A DNA stretch of 61,775 bases, the filler included. It is 5 parts of 5 records of this genome, joined end to end, with 100 filler letters (N's around TTAATTAATTAA, not from the genome) between each part and the next. Parts side by side here need not be neighbours in the genome. Positions count along the whole stretch, not along the records: positions 1 to 16,088 come from SRR31156797_1923; positions 16,189 to 32,137 come from SRR31156797_1924; 3 more parts are not named here. One strand, written 5' to 3'. A model generated the notes under the pieces. It searched no databases and was not told the origin of the DNA. It was given only the letters and a program-made list of their open reading frames with translations. The position numbers and the translations under genes were made by a program. Shown here in pieces: positions 9,860 to 17,363 of this stretch (the stretch's first letter is position 1; the number at the start of each line of letters is the position of its first letter).

Positions 9860-10759
9860 TTATATTTTCTGTTTCTTTCTCCACTCCCGTGGCGACGTAC
9901 CGAGCAGTCTCTGAAACTGTCTGTTGAATGAAGACTGGGACATGAATCCGCAACTATCTGATATCAGGGAGATGGGATGGTCACTGTTTTTCAGCTCATT
10001 GCAGGCTATGGCCAAACGCAGTTCGAGAAGAAATTCGATGGGAGCCTTGTCGAAAACCCTTTTGAAGCTGCGGGAGAAGGCGCGGGGGCTCATGAAGCAT
10101 ATCTTCGCCAGATCATCGATCTTTATCTTCCTGGAGTAGCAGGTATGGATATACTGTACCGCCGGGGCTATGCGCTCCAGAGCTGCTCCGTCAAGTTTCT
10201 CCTGTACTCCCTCAGTTAATTCACTCTTCCTTTCCTCCCTCAGCCTATGGATATCCACAAGCAGCTGGATGATCAGGGAGATGGCTGTCAGTTTGTAGAA
10301 AGCCTTTTTAAAACGGAGTTCGTCAACGATTCTGTCGACGGCCCGGCTTATTTCGGGGTACTCCGTGCCCGAGATAATACTGTTGACCGCCCTCTTGTCC
10401 CTGAAATTCGTCAGAGGGGTTTTCAGGATTTCCCTGTAATAGGGAAGGAGCAGAGCGTCGGCATCTATGAATAGGAAGGTCCATCGGCTGTCCGTTCCCT
10501 TCCGGGACTGGGCAAGATGTACCTCATCCTGCGATACGATGCTGACATCTCCGGTCGCATAGGGCTGAAACTCATTGCGGATATTGAACACGCCGTTGCC
10601 TTCATGGCAGAAACCGATTTCCAGGGTATTGTGGGAGTGAAGTTCTACGATAGGTTCATCCGACTGAATATAGCTGTACTGAAGGTAAACGGGAAAGTCC
10701 TCGGGGAGTTCTATGGGATGATAGTAGTACCCGAGAGGTTGTCTTTCTCTTTCTACCAT
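9860..10759 (-). CDS. AraC family regulator with cupin sensor domain
   Basis: LHSHNTLEI cupin; C-terminal double HTH (SPRAFSRSFK, CGFMSQSSFNRQF, SPREWRK). Confidence 0.95.
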   Translation of the reverse strand: MVERERQPLGYYYHPIELPEDFPVYLQYSYIQSDEPIVELHSHNTLEIGFCHEGNGVFNIRNEFQPYATGDVSIVSQDEVHLAQSRKGTDSRWTFLFIDADALLLPYYREILKTPLTNFRDKRAVNSIISGTEYPEISRAVDRIVDELRFKKAFYKLTAISLIIQLLVDIHRLREERKSELTEGVQEKLDGAALERIAPAVQYIHTCYSRKIKIDDLAKICFMSPRAFSRSFKRVFDKAPIEFLLELRLAIACNELKNSDHPISLISDSCGFMSQSSFNRQFQRLLGTSPREWRKKQKI

Positions 10760-10896
10760 AAAATGCCCTCCAGAGGATCGCCTATGTATATTCTATCCCA
10801 ACATGGCCGGATATGCATAATTTTTGCCTGAATTTACAAACATTTGCGGTTTTAAACACATAGAATAGAGCCAAGCTATTCAAAAAGGAGAGAAAT

Positions 10897-12228
10897 ATGA
10901 AATTGATGAAAAGCCTTTTTCTTATGTTTCTATGCGCTGCCGCCCTGGTTCCCGTCTTTGCCGGCGGTCAGCAGGACGGGGACGGAACGGCCACGCTGAC
11001 GGTCTGGTTGAACGGTGAGCCGGGAACGGTCAACGGTTACTCCCGGATCATGGAAGAGTTCGCCGCCCAGCATGAGAATGTAGATGTGGAAGTCGTTTTC
11101 GTCGGATCGGATCTGTTCAATCCGGCCCTCGTCCCCGCCCTGTCCAGCGGCGAAGGCCCGGATGTATTCATGTTCGGTACCGGTCCCGGTCAGCCGGCAG
11201 CCATTATCGAAGGCGGTCTGGTTCTCGATCTCACCGCTTATATGACGTCCTACGGCTGGGAGAAGATCATTCCCGAGGCCGTTATGAATTATACCTCCTC
11301 AGAAGGCATACTCTGGTCCGTGGGCGACCAGGTTGAGACCACCATGATGTTCTATAACAAAAAGATCTTTAACGATCTCGGTCTCTCCGTACCCGAGACT
11401 CTGGAAGATTTCTACAGCGTCTGCGATGCCCTGATCGCTGCCGGATACAAGACTCCCATCGGCCTCGGCGGAGCCGACCGCTGGCCCATCTCTCACTGGC
11501 AGTCCATGGTCTTCGGACGCTTCGGCGGCCCCGCGGGGGTGGACAAGGTTATGTTCGGAGACGGACGATGGGACGAGAAGGCTTTCGTGCAGGCCGCCGC
11601 CTTCCTCCAGGGGCTCTCCCAGAAGGGCTATTTCGGCTCTAATCCCAATGCTCAGGGCTATGGAGAGGTGATGGACAGCTTCTGGGCCGGGGATGTTCCC
11701 ATGACCTATACGGGTCCTTGGGTTATCAACGATGCGGTCACCAAGCTGGGAGAGAAGGTCAGGGACTTCTCTGTTTTTCAGCTCCCCCCCCTGGGAAAGG
11801 GACAGAAGATCTATCCCACAGAGAGCATCGGAAGCGGCTGGTATATAGGCGCGGGAACCAAATACCCCGATCTTTCCGCAGAGCTGCTGAACTATATGCT
11901 ACTGACCGATTCCTCCAGAGCACTGCTCCTTGAGAGCGGTACCAGCTGGCCCATCGGCCCTGTGGAAGAGGTCTTGAAAACCATTGATCTTCCCCTTTTG
12001 CGTGAACAGATGTCCAATCTGACAGACAGGTATAGGGGAAACGGTACCGTTCATGCCTTCCTCGATACCGTTCAGCCCACCGCCACCACCGAAGCGACCT
12101 ACAACGGGCTTCAGGGCCTCCTCAGCGCTGAGATAAGCCCCGAGACCTTCTGTATGGCCATTCAAAAGCAGTGGGAAGAGGATAAGGCCGAAGGGCTGAT
12201 CCTGAAGCCCGGCGGAGTGAGGCATTAA
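10897..12228 (+). CDS. Carbohydrate ABC transporter substrate-binding protein
   Basis: Signal VFAGGQQD, GEGPDVF, MFYNKKIF, VPETLEDF; GGAG RBS. Confidence 0.92.
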   Translation: MKLMKSLFLMFLCAAALVPVFAGGQQDGDGTATLTVWLNGEPGTVNGYSRIMEEFAAQHENVDVEVVFVGSDLFNPALVPALSSGEGPDVFMFGTGPGQPAAIIEGGLVLDLTAYMTSYGWEKIIPEAVMNYTSSEGILWSVGDQVETTMMFYNKKIFNDLGLSVPETLEDFYSVCDALIAAGYKTPIGLGGADRWPISHWQSMVFGRFGGPAGVDKVMFGDGRWDEKAFVQAAAFLQGLSQKGYFGSNPNAQGYGEVMDSFWAGDVPMTYTGPWVINDAVTKLGEKVRDFSVFQLPPLGKGQKIYPTESIGSGWYIGAGTKYPDLSAELLNYMLLTDSSRALLLESGTSWPIGPVEEVLKTIDLPLLREQMSNLTDRYRGNGTVHAFLDTVQPTATTEATYNGLQGLLSAEISPETFCMAIQKQWEEDKAEGLILKPGGVRH

Positions 12229-12356
12229 ATCGAATCGGTAATGCGAGCCCTGTCCTTGCCAGACAGGGCCTGACAAACGGGACGGATGAGTTCACTTCTC
12301 TTATGCGTCCTCATCCTCCCTGTTTGAGAGGGGAGCATCGCCCAGAGGTACGATAA

Positions 12357-13241
12357 ATGAGCAACAAAGTTTCCGAGGGACATTGGTCTGTCCCCTATTT
12401 TCTGATTCTGCCGACCTTCCTGATATACAGCTGGATCGTTGTCAAACCGATCGTAACGGTTTTCTTCCTGAGTTTTCATAAATGGAACGGTATACCTACG
12501 AAGGCGAAGCAGTTCGTAGGATTGAAAAACTTCACGAAGCTATTTGAAAACAAGATCTTCCTTATGTCCATCGGGAATACCTTTCTCTGGGTTATCCTTA
12601 TCCTTCTGGCGACTGTGGGACTGGGTTTCGTTATCGCCTATCTCCTGTCTCAGAAAATCAAGATGAGAACCCTTCTTCAAACCGTTTTCTTCCTTCCCGT
12701 ACTGCAGTCCCTGACGGCGACGGCCGTTATCTGGCGCTGGATCTATCAGCCCGGCGGGGCTCTCAATAAGATGATTTCCCTCTTCGCGGGGGACGAAGTC
12801 GTCATCGGATGGCTGGGGGAGACCTCCCTGGCCCTGCCCATGCTGTCGGTCGCTCATATCTGGAGTCAGGTCGGTCTGAGCATAGTCCTCTTTCTGACGG
12901 GGCTTCAGACAATAGATCCGGGGCTCTATGAGTCCGCCGAGATCGACGGCGCGGGATTCTGGCAGAGATTCGTTCATGTAACCGTTCCCTGTATGGTCAG
13001 CACGACGGCGACCGTGGTCATCATGGTTATGACCGGGGCCGCCAAATCCTTCGACCTGATCAAGGCCACTACCGACGGCGGCCCCATGGGAGCGACCGAA
13101 ATCCTGGCCACATATACCTATAAGGTGGGCATGACCCAGAACAAATACGGACAGGGATCGGCCGTCGCGGTCTTCCTGCTGCTTATCATCCTGCCCATTA
13201 CCGTAATCTACTACCGCAGACAGCAGAGCAAGGAGTTGTGA
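12357..13241 (+). CDS. Carbohydrate ABC transporter permease
   Basis: FVGLKNF and EAA loop LYESAEIDGA. Confidence 0.94.
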   Translation: MSNKVSEGHWSVPYFLILPTFLIYSWIVVKPIVTVFFLSFHKWNGIPTKAKQFVGLKNFTKLFENKIFLMSIGNTFLWVILILLATVGLGFVIAYLLSQKIKMRTLLQTVFFLPVLQSLTATAVIWRWIYQPGGALNKMISLFAGDEVVIGWLGETSLALPMLSVAHIWSQVGLSIVLFLTGLQTIDPGLYESAEIDGAGFWQRFVHVTVPCMVSTTATVVIMVMTGAAKSFDLIKATTDGGPMGATEILATYTYKVGMTQNKYGQGSAVAVFLLLIILPITVIYYRRQQSKEL

Positions 13242-14062
13242 TGAACAAAAAGACCACTTTTGTCGTATATCTGCTCCTGGCCCTTTTCTCCGTCTTTGTT
13301 ATCACTCCCTTGTTGCTGACTGTCTTCACGGCCTTTAAGGATCCTTCCGTTCCTTTGAACAATCCATGGAAGATTCCCTTCCCACCGGTTCTTAAGAATC
13401 TCGGATTTGCCTGGGCTGAGGGACATTTCGGCATGTATCTGAAGAACTCTGTTTTCATCTCAACCGTTGATGCGCTGATCATGGTTTTTCTGTCGGTGAC
13501 CACGGGTTATGCCTTTGCCTTTTTCAGATTCAAGGGCTCTTCCGTGCTGCTCAACTACTTCCTCCTGGGAATCATCGTTCCGCCGACGGCTATCATTATC
13601 CCTCTCTTTGTGACGGTGCGATCCCTTGGGCTGTATAACAACCACTTCGGAGTCGTTCTCGCGGACATAGCCCTGGCTCTGCCCATCTTCATCTTTCTGA
13701 TGAGGGGATTCTTCGTCACCATCCCGAAGGCCATGAGGGAGAGCGGAAGGCTGGACGGAGCGGGGGAGTTGATCATATTGATGAAGATCATCCTGCCCAT
13801 GGCGAAGCCGGCGGTCGTAACCGTTGCGCTTCTGGAGTTTATCTGGAGCTGGAACGATCTGCTGCTGAGGCTGGTCTTCCTTAGCAGAGACGCCTATAGA
13901 ACTATGACGGTGGGGCTGCTTTTTTTTCAGGGAACCATGACGAGAAACGTTCATGGCATTACCGCCGGAACTCTGATAATGATCGTCATCCCCATGGTGC
14001 TTTTTGCCTTCTTCAGACGTCAGTTTATCGAAGGAATGGCAAGCGGAGCCGTAAAAGGATAA
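13238..14062 (+). CDS. Carbohydrate ABC transporter permease
   Basis: ESGRLDGA, SWND, C-terminal GAVKG. Confidence 0.94.
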   Translation: MMNKKTTFVVYLLLALFSVFVITPLLLTVFTAFKDPSVPLNNPWKIPFPPVLKNLGFAWAEGHFGMYLKNSVFISTVDALIMVFLSVTTGYAFAFFRFKGSSVLLNYFLLGIIVPPTAIIIPLFVTVRSLGLYNNHFGVVLADIALALPIFIFLMRGFFVTIPKAMRESGRLDGAGELIILMKIILPMAKPAVVTVALLEFIWSWNDLLLRLVFLSRDAYRTMTVGLLFFQGTMTRNVHGITAGTLIMIVIPMVLFAFFRRQFIEGMASGAVKG

Positions 14063-14086
14063 TGTTAAACAATAGGATAAAAGATT

Positions 14087-15040
14087 ATGAGACAAGCATT
14101 TCTGAGTGACAAATCTTTTCTGGTGGGAGACCGGCCGATTCCGGAAATCAGGGACGACCAGGTCCTTGTGAAGACTCTGGGCTGCGGCATCTGCGAAGGG
14201 GACCTGTTCCGCTATTCCGAATCCGCCGGCAGCGCCGAATTGGTCCCTCTGGGCCATGAAGCCTCCGGAATGGTCGAGGCCGTGGGAAGTAGGGTGAAGG
14301 GTTTCAAGGCAGGAGATCTGGTAACCTCACTTCAGGGGGGCTATGCCGAATATTTCTGCAGCGGAGAGGACTATCTGGTAAAGATCCCCGAGGGGGTCGA
14401 TCCCGGGACGGCTCTGGGAGAGCCCCTGGCCTGCTGCGTCCATGCGGCGGAACGCTTTAACATCCGTTTGGGCGACCGGGTCGCGGTCATAGGCTGCGGA
14501 TATATGGGCATGGTCTGCATCCAGTTGGCCGCCCTGCAGGGCGCCTCATCTATCACTGCCATAGATCTCCTTCCCTGGAGATTGGAGGACGCGGCGGCCC
14601 ACGGCGCCGACAGGATCGTGAATTCCCGGGATCTTGATCCTGAGAACCTCCCTGCCGATCTGCAGGATTTCGATGTGGTGGTCGAAGCTACGGGTGCCGT
14701 TCCCGTCATCAAGCTGGGTACGAAAATGCTGCGCAATCATGGAACCCTGAATCTGGTGGGCTATCATCAGTCCGAGAACGGGATGCGCCGCATCGATATG
14801 AAGGAGTGGAATTTCAAGGCTCTGACAGTGGTGAACAGCCATATCCGTGATATGATGGAAAAACGGAAGGCCATGGATATCGCCATGAAGCTGAGAGCTG
14901 CGGGAAAGCTGGATACGGATTTTCTGATCAGCAATTACTCTTTTGAGGATATGAACCGGGCCTTCAGGGAGTTAACTGAGAGGACGGAGGGCCTTTACAA
15001 AGCCAATCTGCTGTTTAATATCTCAACCGAAGCGGTCTGA
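14087..15040 (+). CDS. Zinc-binding (MDR) sugar/alcohol dehydrogenase
   Basis: CGICEGD, GHE, EPLAC, GCGYMG Rossmann motif. Confidence 0.9.
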   Translation: MRQAFLSDKSFLVGDRPIPEIRDDQVLVKTLGCGICEGDLFRYSESAGSAELVPLGHEASGMVEAVGSRVKGFKAGDLVTSLQGGYAEYFCSGEDYLVKIPEGVDPGTALGEPLACCVHAAERFNIRLGDRVAVIGCGYMGMVCIQLAALQGASSITAIDLLPWRLEDAAAHGADRIVNSRDLDPENLPADLQDFDVVVEATGAVPVIKLGTKMLRNHGTLNLVGYHQSENGMRRIDMKEWNFKALTVVNSHIRDMMEKRKAMDIAMKLRAAGKLDTDFLISNYSFEDMNRAFRELTERTEGLYKANLLFNISTEAV

Positions 15041-15057
15041 AAGGAAGGTACGGATTT

Positions 15058-16088
15058 ATGAAGATCAGAGTGGGCATCATCGGCTGCGGGGGCATCGCTT
15101 TCAGCAAGCATATGCCGGGACTGGCAAAGCTGGATAACGTGGAGATAACCGCCTTCCAGAATCGCACGAGGGAAAAAGCGGAGAAGGCTCTGGCCCAGTT
15201 CGGCAGCGCCGGCGCCCGGGTGTACGACCGGTATGACGAACTGCTGGATGATCCTTCGATCGATGCGGTACATGTCTGCACCGCCAACGCCACCCATGCG
15301 GAGATCTCTATCGCCGCCCTGGAGAAGGGCAAGCATGTGATGTGCGAAAAGCCCATGGCCCTGAATAAAGGGGAGGCCCGGGCCATGAGGGACGCCGCCG
15401 TCCGGTCAGGAAAAAAGCTTTCTGTCAGCTATCAGAGTCGTTTCAGGGACGACGCGGTCTATCTGAAGAACAGGATCCGGGAGGGGGATCTGGGTCATAT
15501 CTACTATGCCCGGGCCCACGCCCTCCGGAGGCGGGCCGTACCGACCTGGGGGAGCTTCAACAGCATGAGCGACCAGGGCGGCGGATCCCTTATCGATATC
15601 GGAACCCATGCCCTCGATCTGACCCTGTGGCTGATGGATAACTATGAACCCCGTACCGTTCTGGGCAGCTGTTACAACGAGCTTTCCAAAGAGGATATCA
15701 CGGCCAATGCCTTCGGCCCTGTTCCAGCGGGCACTCTGGAGGTGGAGGAAGCCGCTTTCGGTTTCATCACCATGAAGAACGGGACCACTGTCATCCTCGA
15801 ATCCAGCTGGGCTCTGAATACCCTGACCCCGGGCGAGGCGAAGACCAGTCTCTACGGTACTAAGGCCGGAGCCGACATGCTGGACGGCCTGCGATTCAAC
15901 GGCGAAAGGGACGGACAGCTCTATACCATGAAGCCCGAGCTCTATCCCGAGGGGATGGATCACTGCGACTCCTCCCGGATCGTCTCCCCCGGAGACCGGG
16001 AAATGGCGGAGTGGATCAGGGCCATCGCCGAAGACAGGGACGCTCCTGTGACGGCGGAACAGGCCCTCGTGGTCACCGAGATTCTGGA
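15058..16088 (+). CDS. Gfo/Idh/MocA oxidoreductase (3'-truncated at contig end)
   Basis: GIIGCGGIA, HVMCEKP, GGGSLIDIGTH. Confidence 0.94.
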
Positions 16089-16188
16089 NNNNNNNNNNNN
16101 NNNNNNNNNNNNNNNNNNNNNNNNNNNNNNNNTTAATTAATTAANNNNNNNNNNNNNNNNNNNNNNNNNNNNNNNNNNNNNNNNNNNN
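16089..16188. other. Artificial contig linker
   Basis: N44-TTAATTAATTAA-N44, stops in all six frames. Confidence 0.99.
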
Positions 16189-16563
16189 GTAATGGACGAT
16201 AAAACAATCCTCGGCCGGTTCCCAGTAAGGTTCCGGTTCCATGTGGAACATGTAAACCCCCGGCCTTTTGATGGGGTAATCGGCCTTCCAGGCCGTATTC
16301 CCCATCACCCGGGTTTCCTTCAGATCGGCGAGAAGATCGTGGTTCCCGCCGCTGGCCGTAACCCCGAACACCCGCGGTTTCACCAGCGGCATCCCCGTCC
16401 CTTCAAAGGGGTGGGAAAAGGAGAGGACCACGGAAACGGTTCTGTTGTCCTCCTGCATAACCATGCTGTCGGAGGGGATGAGCATCCCGAAGTGGGCCGG
16501 AGCGGCCCCGGCGGAAAAAAGAACAGACCCCAATACAAAACCGAAAAACCATTTTTTCATCAT
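16189..16563 (-). CDS. DUF4198 family periplasmic protein (Ni/Co uptake-associated), 3'-truncated
   Basis: Signal peptide, then mature N-terminal HFGMLIP; FSHPFEG; MEPEPYWEPAEDCFIVHY. Confidence 0.85.
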
Positions 16564-16575
16564 TTCCCCCTCTCC

Positions 16576-16623
16576 CATAAAAAAAGCCACAAAAGGTTCT
16601 CCAACGATTCACCTTCGTGGCTT
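16576..16623 (-). terminator. Intrinsic terminator (attenuator) in the DUF4198 5' leader
   Basis: Minus strand AAGCCACGAAGGT...ACCTTTTGTGGCTT followed by a T-run, just before the RBS. Confidence 0.7.
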
Positions 16624-16686
16624 ACGATTAGATATTAATTAATCGGCCGGGGTTTCTCACCCCGTGGGGCTTCCTGCCCGGAACTT

Positions 16687-16715
16687 TTTGTACCGTAAGA
16701 TCGATTCACTGTCAA
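16687..16715 (-). promoter_or_regulatory. Sigma70 promoter for DUF4198
   Basis: Minus strand TTGACA-17 nt-TACAAA. Confidence 0.7.
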
Positions 16716-16800
16716 CCGTAAAAGGTATTCCGTTGAAATCATGGAATATTTTTTAGGGAATCGTAATGCCGAAGGCCGCCCCGTTACAGGATTGCCTAAA

Positions 16801-17340
16801 TCAGCGGATCGGTTTCTGCCACTCCTTGGCGAAAATCTCCCCGATTCGGCCCACCTGGCTCGGGTCTATTTTCATGGCCTTGGCAATCTCCCCGTAAAGT
16901 TTTCTGCGGTCATTGTTTTCCGCCGCCACCAGGCTTTTCAGATTCCGTTGTTCCTTCAGGCCCAGGCCCGCCGTGCCGGCCAGGGAAACATACCCGTTGT
17001 TATCTTCCCTTAAAAGGCCCTTTTCATAGAAGGGTTTCATTCGGGCATACCGGGCTTTCATCTGCTGTTTCAGCATTCGAATGCCGGGATTGGAGACCGT
17101 TAAGGGCTCGGCCGCCACTGCAAGGGGTGCAAAAAAAGCCGAAAAGGTTTTATTGGAAAGGCTGCTCTTTTCATTATCAAAAGATTTTTCACCGGAAGGC
17201 TTCTGCCCCCTGATTTCATCCACGATTTCCCCGGCCACGGATTCCACCTGTTCGGCGGGGAAATAGATGTTGATGGTGACGCAGGCGAAAATCATCAATG
17301 ATAAAAAGATCAGTGTCATCGGTCTTCTAAAGATCTTCAT
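16801..17340 (-). CDS. DUF1318/YdbL-like lipoprotein
   Basis: Lipobox IFAC, CVTINIYFPA, EDNNGYV, LVAAENNDRRKLY. ATG at 17340 with GGAGG RBS. Confidence 0.8.
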   Translation of the reverse strand: MKIFRRPMTLIFLSLMIFACVTINIYFPAEQVESVAGEIVDEIRGQKPSGEKSFDNEKSSLSNKTFSAFFAPLAVAAEPLTVSNPGIRMLKQQMKARYARMKPFYEKGLLREDNNGYVSLAGTAGLGLKEQRNLKSLVAAENNDRRKLYGEIAKAMKIDPSQVGRIGEIFAKEWQKPIR

Positions 17341-17363
17341 GGTAAAACCTCCCCGGAAGCTTT

